Positions 10,556 through 21,484 of a DNA stretch of 64,000 nucleotides are shown here, one piece after another. Source of the DNA: Verrucomicrobiota bacterium (lineage in GTDB: Bacteria; Verrucomicrobiota; Verrucomicrobiia; Opitutales; Seribacteraceae); assembly GCA_027622665.1 (NCBI GenBank), contig JAQBYT010000004.1:96001-160000 (forward strand), written 5' to 3'. Every line of letters starts with the position of its first letter. Position 1 is the first letter of the stretch. Below the pieces are notes generated by a model. The model worked only from the letters and a program-made list of their open reading frames with translations. It did no database searches and was not told the origin of the DNA. A program made the translations under genes and the position numbers.

Positions 10556-12541
10556 TCACTTTTTACCCGAAAAAAGTTTCTCTCTGCAAAGCCGTTCCAA
10601 GTCAGGGAGGTCATAGGTCTGCAAGGCTCCATTTACGACATCTTCGAAGCAACGCTTGGGCTGACTTTCCTCAAGCATAGACATCCAGGAGCTACGATGG
10701 TCAAAAACTTGTAATTGAGCAAAAAGTTCGGGTTCCAAAGCCACCGCATGGAGTGCGGGAACCGTAGCGCCGCCGATCGCCAATACTTTCATCTTGGCTC
10801 CTTTTGGGATAATGCCCGAGCTATCCAGACTGATTGCAAGTTTGAGTAGGTCTTCTGCTCTCAACGCCACCAATGAACGACCGAGGAGGTAAGACATGTA
10901 AAACGTCTGCCAGTTTCCGAATTGTTCGGAGAATTTACTTCCCCGAGTTTCCCCGGTGCAAGTTATCTCAACGGAAACCACCGAGTGGCCGGCCTTGCTC
11001 AACTCAAGGGCCTTTTCATGACCTTTCTTCACGCCCTCGCCATGCAATAAAAGAACTGGATGCTTTAGTGGATTCGCGGGAAGGTAAGCCACCGAGGTCA
11101 GAGGGTATGAACCCTTTGATCGAAAGAACCCTCGGATCATCTTCAAGCCGTTTTCTTGAACTGTCTCAACGACGTGATGTTCAAGCCTCGGCAAATTAGT
11201 CGAAGGTCGAATCGTTGAAACCTTTCTTATCATCTTGCGGGCAGCTTCCGGTGAAAGTCCGGCGAATTTTTTTCTCTCCGTCAAAAAGTTTTTGGCTAGA
11301 GAACGGTTAAGTTCGAACACTGTTCTTTCGTCGGCAAGGTGAAGGACTTCACCTTGCGGGGTGCACCACAAGTCTTCGACTGAACGTGGTTTCATGGGTT
11401 TCTCTTTCACGGCTCTGTCGTCACCCAAAAACCATCGTCGCGCCAAACGAGTCAGTGTTTCGCGTTGTAGCTTCGTGATGCCGTGTTTGCCTTTGTCTTC
11501 GACCAAGTCGATGGCCAAAGGGTCGCCCAGCAGACTGTAGTATTTCTTGGACTGCCTGAAGTTGTCCCAAGTACCTTTAGTATCGAAATAGTCGCCAGAG
11601 GAACAGCAAATCAGCGTGGGGCGCGGAGCCCTCATGAGGACATAGTCGGTGTGATCCATACCATAGGCAATTTGCCCGAAGATATTCTGTTCCGAATCCT
11701 GTGGCCCTATCGATCCTATGAGTTGTCGAAAAGTGGTGAGGAAGCATGCTGGGGCGGCAAAGCCCACTCGTTCGTCCAATGCCATGATGTAACTAGTCAA
11801 TGTGCCCCCACCGGAGCAACCGGTGCAACCGATCTTGGTCCCGTCTATGTCCTTGCGAGTCGTTAAGTAGTCGATGCCCCGCATGCCGTCCCAAATCCTA
11901 TATCGCGCAGTGTTTACTCCCAGTAGAACAGAGCCGGCCCCGATCAGGAAGTGTTCGGCGACCGACGACAGCTTGCGACCCTCTGCGGGAAGTATTTGGC
12001 TGCGTTCACCTTGCCCGATCGGATCGTAACAAAAGGCCGCAATGCCGTTACGGGCCAGAGTGATTCCTATGAATTGATTGTAGTCCGCACCCTTTCCGCT
12101 CTTGCTGTGACCACAGGCGATCAAGACCGCGGGATAAGGGGGCTTGGTCTTTGGAAGGTATAGGGTAGCTGTAACATGATGCTGAGGCTGACTCTCGTAA
12201 ATAACCTTTTCAACCCGATGGTCACCACCCTCGATTTTTCCAACGACTTTTGCATTCAGTGGCGTTCGTTCCGGAAAGCCCCCGATACGCGAAACGAAGA
12301 ATTTTTTCAAATTCTCCTGATATTCCTTGAATTGAGCAGGCGTTGAAATTTCACTGAGACGTTCCTCGCGGCGATCAAGGGCATTGTAAGCCTGTTTGGC
12401 CAAGTGTTGGTAAACGACTCGGTTGGCTGGGGCATCAAGCAGGTCCTTGTTGAGGATGGGGAAGAGGTCCTCCTTGGCCCAACCTTGGACAGATAAGACA
12501 AAGGCGAAAGCAAGACTGAACAGGGGCTTTTTGTAGTTCAT
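10556..12541 (-). CDS. Acetylxylan esterase-like double alpha/beta hydrolase
   Basis: 661 aa with a signal peptide; GCTGCSGGG nucleophile elbow, YDPIGQGER and WDGMRGIDYL. Confidence 0.85.
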   Translation of the reverse strand: MNYKKPLFSLAFAFVLSVQGWAKEDLFPILNKDLLDAPANRVVYQHLAKQAYNALDRREERLSEISTPAQFKEYQENLKKFFVSRIGGFPERTPLNAKVVGKIEGGDHRVEKVIYESQPQHHVTATLYLPKTKPPYPAVLIACGHSKSGKGADYNQFIGITLARNGIAAFCYDPIGQGERSQILPAEGRKLSSVAEHFLIGAGSVLLGVNTARYRIWDGMRGIDYLTTRKDIDGTKIGCTGCSGGGTLTSYIMALDERVGFAAPACFLTTFRQLIGSIGPQDSEQNIFGQIAYGMDHTDYVLMRAPRPTLICCSSGDYFDTKGTWDNFRQSKKYYSLLGDPLAIDLVEDKGKHGITKLQRETLTRLARRWFLGDDRAVKEKPMKPRSVEDLWCTPQGEVLHLADERTVFELNRSLAKNFLTERKKFAGLSPEAARKMIRKVSTIRPSTNLPRLEHHVVETVQENGLKMIRGFFRSKGSYPLTSVAYLPANPLKHPVLLLHGEGVKKGHEKALELSKAGHSVVSVEITCTGETRGSKFSEQFGNWQTFYMSYLLGRSLVALRAEDLLKLAISLDSSGIIPKGAKMKVLAIGGATVPALHAVALEPELFAQLQVFDHRSSWMSMLEESQPKRCFEDVVNGALQTYDLPDLERLCREKLFSGKK

Positions 12542-12557
12542 GCTTCAATCTTTTTGC

Positions 12558-13751
12558 TTACTTGCTCTTTAATTGCGAGATGAGAAAGGCGCTCGGGTTC
12601 TCGTGTTTTACCTTGGGTAGGCCGGGGTAGACGAGTTCGCAATCAACTCCTTGTGCCTTGCAATCCTCCTGCAGCTTCACCCCGAAGTTCGAGGTGTGAG
12701 TTGGGTCCTTCTGAGCTTTCCCCAATGCGGGCGGAGCGTTATAAGTCAGAAATACGGTAGGATCGTCGGGTTTTGGCCTATACTTGGGCCAGCCGCGAAA
12801 CAAGGTGAGTTCGCGCGGGGAAAGGTAAACCTGCTCGCCGGCGATAAGATTTGCCTCCGCCTCGATGATGCGCGACTTGCCCTCGACCGCCGCCCCGATG
12901 GTCCACAGGTGCTCCAAGTCCTGATGCCCGAAGCGGTCCGTCGAAATCTTCCCGACGTCCACGGAGATGGGCTTGCCACCGCTGTTAATAGCACGGACGG
13001 AGGCCCGGTATCGGTAGCGCCCGGCCAGTTTCGTGCGGTCGGTATGGACGCTCACATGCTTGTAGAGTTGGGCTCGAAAAACGAAGGCGTCGCCCTCCAA
13101 CCGGGACCAGGGAACGATGTCTTTGTGGTATACTTTTGGCTTCTTCTCCAGCCATTTCTTGCCCGTGAAGCGTTGCTTCTTTGTCCGCACGTCGACGACG
13201 CCCGGCGGCAAGGCATGGGACAAGGCAAGGGCCGCCGCCTCCTGGTACCGCACTAGATGGACGGCGGAAGTGCCGAGTCCTTCACTGACCTTGTCGAAGC
13301 CTGCGACCAAGTTGTCTTCAGGCAAGAGAGAATTAAGAACCACAGCGACGTCAAGCAGGTCGTGCAACGTATTTTCGTATTCCGTTCGGTTGAGACGACG
13401 AATGGGCACGCGGCCCTCACGCTGATTTTTCTGGGAAGCTTCATGAAGGGCGGCCTCAAGGAAGGTGAGAAAGTTTCCTGGGGCAGCGGGTTCCGGCTGT
13501 TTTTTCTTCTTAGGTGGCATCTCCTGAAGACGCACCCGGTCGAAGACCCGAATCCTCCTCCGTCTCGCATCCTCTGCGTTCAAGTCCGCCTACAAGGCCT
13601 CGAGATTCAGCCCGCCCTTGGCCACATCCGCATCGTGGCAATCAAAACAATGCATTTCAACAAAGGCCATTGGAACGCTCTCCTTGGCGGAAACGTTCAC
13701 CGAGAACCCGGCCAACGGAACGGGTAAACAAATGAATGAACCGAATTTCAT
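12558..13751 (-). pseudogene. Chimeric pseudogene: DUF1592-family N-terminus (with internal TAG) fused to an alpha/beta hydrolase C-terminus
   Basis: ATG 13751 overlaps the upstream stop. Reads MKFGSF...HCFDCHDAD...NLEAL*(TAG 13590-13592)ADLNAE...RRLNRTEYENTLHDLL, then switches near 12770 to DDPTVFLTY...DPTHTSNFGVKLQE, an esterase-type tail. Confidence 0.8.
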
Positions 13752-16072
13752 CGCCGCACGAATAAGTCCGATAGCACAAGGTGAAACATTAAAGTACGGA
13801 GCTTGTAGCTGTCCTTTTTGGCGGCAGCGGTGATGGCTTTGAGGTGGGTGCGGTCGTCCAGGGTCATCACGCGGCGTAGGGCGAAGGTGGCCAGTTGCTC
13901 GACGAAGGCTTCGGCGAACCGGTCGAGGTCCTGTACCAGCAGTTCCTTGAATTCATTCGGACCGGAATAAGCCCGACCATCGGGAAGTTTGCCGGATGCG
14001 TTTACGGGCGGGTTGGCTCCTTGCCCGCCCGGCATGTTTTCCTCCGTGCGCCATTGGCCGATGGCGTTGAAGTTGTCGAAGGCGAAGCCGAGCGGATCGA
14101 TCTTGGCGTGGCAGGATGCGCAGGTTGCGTGGGTGGCATGGGCCTCGAGCTGCTGCCGGATGGTGGCCTTGGGTTGGTCGGTGGGCGTGGGCTCAAGTGG
14201 TTCGACGTTGGGCGGCGGTGGCGGTGGCGTGCGTCCGAAAATGGCCTCGCTCACCCACACGCCGCGATGCACCGGTCTATGCCGTGTGCCGTCCGAGGTG
14301 AGCATGAGCACGGAGGCTTGGGTGAGCACTCCGCCACGATGATCTTGTGGCTGAAGCACCACTCGCTGGAAGCCGGCCTTTTGTAGCGCAGGCATTTGGT
14401 AATGCAGGGCGAGGCGGGAGTTCATAACGGTCCAGTCCGAGACGAGAAACTCGCGCAGAGACAGGTTGTTCTCGAACACCTCGTTGAAGAACTTGGTGGT
14501 CTCCAGGGCCATGCATTGCTCAAGCCACTTGTCGTAGTCCGGGTACAGGTCCATGTCCGGCGGGAACATGCCGACCTTGTGCAGTTGCAGCCACTGGCGC
14601 GGAAAGGCATCGGTGAAGCGGGCGGTCTTGGGATCGGTCAGCATGCGCGTCAACTGGGCGCCCAAGACTTCCGGACGGTGCAACTCCCCCTTGGAGGCCG
14701 CCTCGGTCAGTGCCTTGTCAGGCAGTGAACTCCACAGAAAATAGGAAAGGCGCGTGGCCAGTTCCCAGTCATTTACCTTATACCGGGGCTTGGCCGGGTC
14801 GCCTTCTACTATGTAATAAAAATTCTTCGAGGTCAGGATGCCCGTCAACGCCCCCAGGTAGGCGCTGCGGAAATTCTCGCCCGCATCCAGTTCTGCTTTG
14901 AGCAAATTCTGGTAGCGATCCAGTTCCACCGGGTTAATCGCCCGCCGCCAGGCACGGCTGGCAAAACGATCTAGGCAGGCCTTCGCCTCGGCGAGATCGC
15001 CTTCCTTGTGCGGATACAGCTCGGCCCGTTTTTGCTGCACGACGTCTGAAACAATCGGCCCCTCATATTCCACCTTGTCCACCAGGAGGAGAGGGAACAC
15101 AGGCCGTCCATCGTCGAGCAGCAGCTTGTAGCCGACGGGTTTCTGAGACCGCAAATTCGCCACTTTGCCTATCGCCTTGGGCGTGTGGCTGAGCGTGTGA
15201 CCGTCGTCCAGTTTTCCGGGGACCTCGTTGATGAGGCTGTAACCGCCCTTGTCCAAGGTCACTTGAAACTCAACCGTGATCGGCTTGCCTTCCGCGGCGG
15301 TTACGTCCCGTCCGGTCACGCCCTTTTTCAGGCTGTTGTTCCAAATCGAAAGGTGCGGCATGCGGCCCTTGAAGGAGGGTAGGGCGCTGAGGGTCACGCG
15401 CACCTTGTACAGTCCGGGTTCACGGGCGTTGAATCCTCCCTCGCGTCGGCCGGGAAACAGTAGCCAGCGCTGGCCATCAGGCGCGGTGCGTTCGCCTTGG
15501 TCCACCTTGGGCGTTTTCGTGGGGAAGGCCTCGGCCAGTACCTTTTCCGCGGCCTGAAGGTAGCGTGTCACATGCGAGGGCGACAGGGAGAGCATGGAGC
15601 CGATGCGGTCGAACCCGTGCCAGCGCGGATCCTCGTTCAAGGCCCCCGGCATGCGCGGGTCGAAATGTACACCGAGCAGGTCGTAAACGGAATGGGCGTA
15701 CTCGTCGCGGCTCAACCGGTAATGAGCCACTGGCCCGCGCTTGGCCATGCGTTCGGCTCTTCCTGATTCTATATTTCGGGAAATCCACTCGGCCACCTCG
15801 CCCAGTTCCACGGCGGTGGGTTGATGCTCATCTTCGGGCGGCATTTCGCCCGAGTTGATGCGAAAGAGCACCTCCACCCAAGTTTGCGCCGTGGCCTCCA
15901 CGCCAAATTCGAGCTTCAAGGTATCCAGCCGAAACTTCCCCTTCTGCTTCTCCGCATCGTGGCAGCGCAGGCAGTAGTTCTTGAAAAAAGGAAGAACCTC
16001 CTTCTCGAAGCCAGGGGCAGCCGAGTACACGGAAAAGCCTGCAAGGACCAAGATGGAAGGCAGGAATCTCAT
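13748..16072 (-). CDS. DUF1592-family protein (cytochrome c + DUF1587/1595/1592/1588/1585), copy C
   Basis: 774 aa with a signal peptide; [39 protein letters not shown] and CASCHAKIDPLGFAF. Confidence 0.92.
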   Translation of the reverse strand: MRFLPSILVLAGFSVYSAAPGFEKEVLPFFKNYCLRCHDAEKQKGKFRLDTLKLEFGVEATAQTWVEVLFRINSGEMPPEDEHQPTAVELGEVAEWISRNIESGRAERMAKRGPVAHYRLSRDEYAHSVYDLLGVHFDPRMPGALNEDPRWHGFDRIGSMLSLSPSHVTRYLQAAEKVLAEAFPTKTPKVDQGERTAPDGQRWLLFPGRREGGFNAREPGLYKVRVTLSALPSFKGRMPHLSIWNNSLKKGVTGRDVTAAEGKPITVEFQVTLDKGGYSLINEVPGKLDDGHTLSHTPKAIGKVANLRSQKPVGYKLLLDDGRPVFPLLLVDKVEYEGPIVSDVVQQKRAELYPHKEGDLAEAKACLDRFASRAWRRAINPVELDRYQNLLKAELDAGENFRSAYLGALTGILTSKNFYYIVEGDPAKPRYKVNDWELATRLSYFLWSSLPDKALTEAASKGELHRPEVLGAQLTRMLTDPKTARFTDAFPRQWLQLHKVGMFPPDMDLYPDYDKWLEQCMALETTKFFNEVFENNLSLREFLVSDWTVMNSRLALHYQMPALQKAGFQRVVLQPQDHRGGVLTQASVLMLTSDGTRHRPVHRGVWVSEAIFGRTPPPPPPNVEPLEPTPTDQPKATIRQQLEAHATHATCASCHAKIDPLGFAFDNFNAIGQWRTEENMPGGQGANPPVNASGKLPDGRAYSGPNEFKELLVQDLDRFAEAFVEQLATFALRRVMTLDDRTHLKAITAAAKKDSYKLRTLMFHLVLSDLFVRR

Positions 16073-16096
16073 TTGAACGATTCGCTTTTGGCCTGG

Positions 16097-17116
16097 CTAC
16101 TTGAAGACGATTTCAAGTTTTGGCCTTTCCTTTGCAAGCCGGTCAATGCTGTCCCGGTTTACATTCCTTAGGTTCCGGAGCGTTAGTTTGCGAAGGCTCT
16201 TGCTTTTCCCGAGGCTGGCGATCCCTGCCTCGGTGACCTTCGACGCCCCTCCGAGGAGAAACTCCTCCAGTTTCGGCATGGCGGCCACCAACATCAAATC
16301 CTGATCGCTGATGGAGGGGGCATGGCCGAGGTCCAGCTTGAGCAAGGTCTTGATCCTCGTCGCGTGGGCCAAGCCAACCGAGTCCGCTTGACGGTCAAGC
16401 AAGGACAGGTTCCTGAGCGGCAGCTTAGCCAGATAAGCTACAGATTTACCTGAACTTCCCTTGTCCGTACTGCCGATGCCAAGCGAATCAAGTTTCGTCA
16501 ATTTGGACAGATGCCGGGCTCCCTCATCCGTAAAATGGGAATGGGCAAACCAGAACCGGTCAGTGACGCCCACTTTGCAAATGGCTTCCAGTCCCTTGTC
16601 GTTCAAGGGGGTGAAGTGGAAGTTCACGCTCTTTAGGTTCTTTGCCTTGAGGTGCTTGAAACCTTCCCCGGCGCATTTGGATGAGGCAAGCCCGAGGGTA
16701 TGCAGGTTAGTCAAGGCTCCGAAATGCTTGAACCCCTCGTCCGTCACTGTCGTAAGCGTAAGGTTGAGGCTCTCCAGTTCGGTCAGATTGCCCAAGGATG
16801 CCATGCCCGCGTCCGTCACTTCGCAATTGGCCAAGCTCAGTGATTTCAAGGTTAAGACCTTGGTCAGCCACTTCTCGAGCCAGGCATCATTGACCATGTC
16901 GTTCTTTCCTCCCCGTCCCTTCAGCGGATTGTTGCCGTTGTAGAGGTCGATCAACAGCGGATTGCCGGCTTCAAACTCGATCTTGCCCCCGATCCTTTCA
17001 ATCTCGACCTTGAGAGGCTTCCATGTTTCTGCCGGATCCTGCAGTGCGTCGGCGGCAAAGGTAATTGTCCCTGCAAATATCCCAAGCAGGCTGATTCGGA
17101 TGAGGGAAAAGCTCAT
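16097..17116 (-). CDS. Exported leucine-rich-repeat protein
   Basis: ATG 17116 overlaps the upstream stop (ATGA), followed by signal peptide MSFSLIRISLLGIFAG. Repeats of LxxLxLxxxxVTDxGxxxL. Confidence 0.85.
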   Translation of the reverse strand: MSFSLIRISLLGIFAGTITFAADALQDPAETWKPLKVEIERIGGKIEFEAGNPLLIDLYNGNNPLKGRGGKNDMVNDAWLEKWLTKVLTLKSLSLANCEVTDAGMASLGNLTELESLNLTLTTVTDEGFKHFGALTNLHTLGLASSKCAGEGFKHLKAKNLKSVNFHFTPLNDKGLEAICKVGVTDRFWFAHSHFTDEGARHLSKLTKLDSLGIGSTDKGSSGKSVAYLAKLPLRNLSLLDRQADSVGLAHATRIKTLLKLDLGHAPSISDQDLMLVAAMPKLEEFLLGGASKVTEAGIASLGKSKSLRKLTLRNLRNVNRDSIDRLAKERPKLEIVFK

Positions 17117-18042
17117 GGTTTTTTGCGAAGAGAAATTGCCCCGGGGTGAGTCATTCGCACGCTGTACAAAGAAGTTCGCGCGGTGATGAATAGGGTCTTG
17201 AAATCCTTGCCGCCGAAGCAAACATTGGCCGGTCCTTCGGGAACCTCGATGGTTTCGAGTTTCTTGCCGTCGGCGTCGTAGACCTTAACCTGACCGTGGG
17301 TGAGATAGAGGTTGCCCTTTACGTCCACGGCCATGCCGTCGCTTCCCTCATCGATCTTGAATAGCTTCTTGCCCAGTTTCCTGTCTTTGGTCACCGCATA
17401 GCAAGTCACGCTAGGGGCGAGGCCGTGGAAGGCGGGGTCCGGGTGGCGCTTGTGCCCCCCCGTGTCGGCCACGTACAGCCTTGAGCCGTCCGGAGAAAAG
17501 ACAATGCCGTTGGGCATGGCCAAGTCCTTGATTAAGACCTCCACCTTGCCCGAATCCGGGTCGAGCTTGTATACCCAATGCCCCGGGATTTCATGCGGGC
17601 CGCTCAAACCCCAAGGGGGGTCCGTGAACCATAAGGTGCCATCCTTCCCCACGGCCACGTCGTTAGGGGAGTTGAAGCGCATGCCGTCGAACTTGTCGGC
17701 AAGGACTGTCGTGCTTCCGTCCTTTTCGATGCGTATGAGGTTCCGGGCCGCGTGCTGGCAGGATATGATGCGCCCCTGCAGGTCGAGGATGTTGCCGTTG
17801 GCCTGCTCGCTCTTTCGAAACTCCGATAAGCCTCCTTTTTTGCTCCACTGCATGAGCTTGCTGTTCGGGATGTCGGAAAAGACGACCTTGTTCTGTCCCG
17901 GCAACCACACGGGGCCTTCCGTGAACTTCATGTTCCCTGCCAGTTTCCTGACCTTGGCCCCGGGTTCGACCAGGGAGGCTCCTTGCAGGAAGATCACTTG
18001 AAATGAGAGAGCGATGCTCAAGGGAAGGAGGATTCGATTCAT
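17113..18042 (-). CDS. SMP-30/gluconolactonase family protein
   Basis: FTEGPVW, FSDIP, RFNSPND, PNGIVFSPDG, SDGMAVD and ANVCFGG motifs; signal peptide. Confidence 0.93.
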   Translation of the reverse strand: MNRILLPLSIALSFQVIFLQGASLVEPGAKVRKLAGNMKFTEGPVWLPGQNKVVFSDIPNSKLMQWSKKGGLSEFRKSEQANGNILDLQGRIISCQHAARNLIRIEKDGSTTVLADKFDGMRFNSPNDVAVGKDGTLWFTDPPWGLSGPHEIPGHWVYKLDPDSGKVEVLIKDLAMPNGIVFSPDGSRLYVADTGGHKRHPDPAFHGLAPSVTCYAVTKDRKLGKKLFKIDEGSDGMAVDVKGNLYLTHGQVKVYDADGKKLETIEVPEGPANVCFGGKDFKTLFITARTSLYSVRMTHPGAISLRKKP

Positions 18043-18062
18043 TTTTATTTTTAGGTTTGAGT

Positions 18063-19238
18063 TCAGTAAATGGGCATGACCATTTTTTGGCCGTGCTTTT
18101 GTTCCTCGATGGAATGGATGCGTTCCTCGGGCGGCATGGAGACGAATTTCCAGCTGTCGGCCTTCACCCGCACGCAGGCCCCTGGCGAATAACCCTTGAG
18201 CAGTTCCTTGAACCGCAGGGTGATTTGCACGCCGCTGCTGCCAGTGACCGGGTGTTTGACCTCATTCCATTTCTCCAGCTTGCAGAACTTGCGGTCGCCG
18301 CGGTGGTACCATGTGCGCAGCGTCTTTTCCGCGCAGGCCACGGCGATGCGGTCATTGCGTTCGCGGCTGAGGTCTTCGATGATTTCCCGGTTCACATCGA
18401 AGAGCGTGATGACCAGTCGCCCGCCGCCGAAGTCGAAAATCTCCATCTCGTCAATCCAGCCGGGCATCCAGCGCTGGCGTTGAAACCTTAGGTGCTTCTG
18501 CCGTTGGCGTCCCGTGGATGCCTTCCATGAGGCTTCATCCAGCCACAGCTCGGTTACCGTAAATTCTCGTTCGGTATTGTAATGGCCGCCCTGGGCCCAG
18601 CCGAGGTTGAACCGTACTGTGGTCCCTGGCTTGATGTCCTTGAGTTCCACCCATCGTCTGTCCCGCCAGACGCGCGTAGTGGCAAGCAAGTCAAAGGTGT
18701 ACGGTGCCTTGATGCCCTGTTCCACCAGTTTCCCGGCAGGCTCGAGGTGTATCTTCTCCTTTTCGATTTCTACGCCCTTTACCTTCCACATTTGGCCATG
18801 CCGGGCGTAATGACTGAAGTCGTCGGTCAGGACCAAGGCGTGGTTTTCCAGCACGATGAGCTTTTGGTAACCCAAGGAGTCGGGGATTGGCGGGATGGTG
18901 TCCTCTTCTCCCTTCGGCGGTAGAAAAAACCAACCGTGTAGGTGCGTGCCCAGTGGTACGTCGCGCAGGGCGGCCCTGGCGCCATTGCGCCAAACGACGG
19001 CATAAGGAAGCAATGCGAAGTAATGCACCGGCCCGGCCCAGTAGCGGTCGCCACCGTCAATCCGTATCCCTCCACGGCGGTTTACGGCGTCCATGTAAAC
19101 CAGCTCGCCGGAAACATATTGGGCCTTTCCCATCGGGGCGAATTCAGCCGGGTCAGGGACGAACTTTTCGTCGGCGGCTAAGGAGGGATTCATCCCCATG
19201 AACGCGAACGCTAATAGCATGTAGAGGGCCCTCATCAC
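18063..19238 (-). CDS. Uncharacterised exported protein X, paralogue 1
   Basis: Signal peptide; [38 protein letters not shown] and GSSGVQI shared with four other ORFs in the window. Start is GTG 19238 or ATG 19235. Confidence 0.85.
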   Translation of the reverse strand: MMRALYMLLAFAFMGMNPSLAADEKFVPDPAEFAPMGKAQYVSGELVYMDAVNRRGGIRIDGGDRYWAGPVHYFALLPYAVVWRNGARAALRDVPLGTHLHGWFFLPPKGEEDTIPPIPDSLGYQKLIVLENHALVLTDDFSHYARHGQMWKVKGVEIEKEKIHLEPAGKLVEQGIKAPYTFDLLATTRVWRDRRWVELKDIKPGTTVRFNLGWAQGGHYNTEREFTVTELWLDEASWKASTGRQRQKHLRFQRQRWMPGWIDEMEIFDFGGGRLVITLFDVNREIIEDLSRERNDRIAVACAEKTLRTWYHRGDRKFCKLEKWNEVKHPVTGSSGVQITLRFKELLKGYSPGACVRVKADSWKFVSMPPEERIHSIEEQKHGQKMVMPIY

Positions 19239-19244
19239 AAAAAC

Positions 19245-20606
<1,362 letters not shown>

Positions 20607-20681
20607 CGTATCTAGGTTTTGAAAGCATCTAAATGGGAAGGCTTTCCTTGTTCAAGGACTATTAAGCGTTTTGGAACCCTT

Positions 20682-21190
20682 TTACCGAGCCACCAAGTCG
20701 GACATGCCGGGTTCCCACTTCAAGGTAGCGACTCGCTTGAGATCTCCTTTCGCTGAAATCCGGTAGGCGGTTAGGCTGGCCCCGGTGGTGGCTGAGACCG
20801 GGAGGAATTTTCCATCGGGGGACAAGGTCAGACCTAGAAACTTGGCTTGCCCGTTATCAAGGACTTGGTAGCTTGCGATCGATCGAAATCTTGTTTGTGT
20901 CCGCGAAAACCCCCGAAGAGATGGTTGCGGTCAGGAGTGACTACCAGATCGGGGGAGCTCAGCCCGATCTTGGACATTCCAGGAGGGAGAACATTGATGT
21001 CCTGTTCGATCTTCAGTTGCCCGTTGGCCTCGCGGCGGTAAGTGGAGAGCCAAATGCCTTGCTCGTTGCTGAAGTAGACCATGGGGAGGGTGGGGTGGTA
21101 GGTCATGTGGCGGGGTCCGGTGCCTTGCGGAGCCTTAGCGTCCTTGGGTTCAAGCGGGGTGATGGCTCCCGTGCTGGTGCCCAACTGGTG
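20682..21190 (-). pseudogene. Lactonase (6-phosphogluconolactonase-type beta-propeller) pseudogene, 3' half
   Basis: GTGPRHMTYHPTLPMVYFSNEQ motif. A frameshift near 20880 continues IASYQVLDNGQAKFLGLTLSPDGKFL...MSDLVAR* (stop 20682-20684). The 5' part is missing here. Confidence 0.8.
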
Positions 21191-21473
21191 CCCCTTTCAC
21201 CTCAAAAAAACAACAACATTCGATGTACTAAATGTAAATCCTCGCACAATTCCAAAAGTTCAATTATCGATGATAAAACATATAAAACACGAGAAATAAC
21301 TACTCCCGTTTCGTTACTTTGTTTTATTATCCTTCCGTTTTTCCCAAGATTTTAACTTTAAAATTAACTCAAGTTCCGTTAGAAAATAAGAATATTCATC
21401 CTAATGAAATATGTTTTAAATTTTAAATTTCGGTGATATATTAGTTAACTTTTAACAATGGTCGTGTATTAAC

Positions 21474-21478
21474 AGGAG
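21474..21478 (+). promoter_or_regulatory. Shine-Dalgarno site (AGGAG)
   Basis: AGGAG lies 6 nt before ATG 21485, downstream of an AT-rich leader. Confidence 0.6.
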
Positions 21479-21484
21479 ATTGAA

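Noticed and set aside
13590..13592. In-frame TAG as possible pyrrolysine or readthrough codon
   Set aside because: The same gene is also truncated by a fusion, other genes here use TAG as a true stop, and no pyl genes are present. Decay is the simpler explanation.
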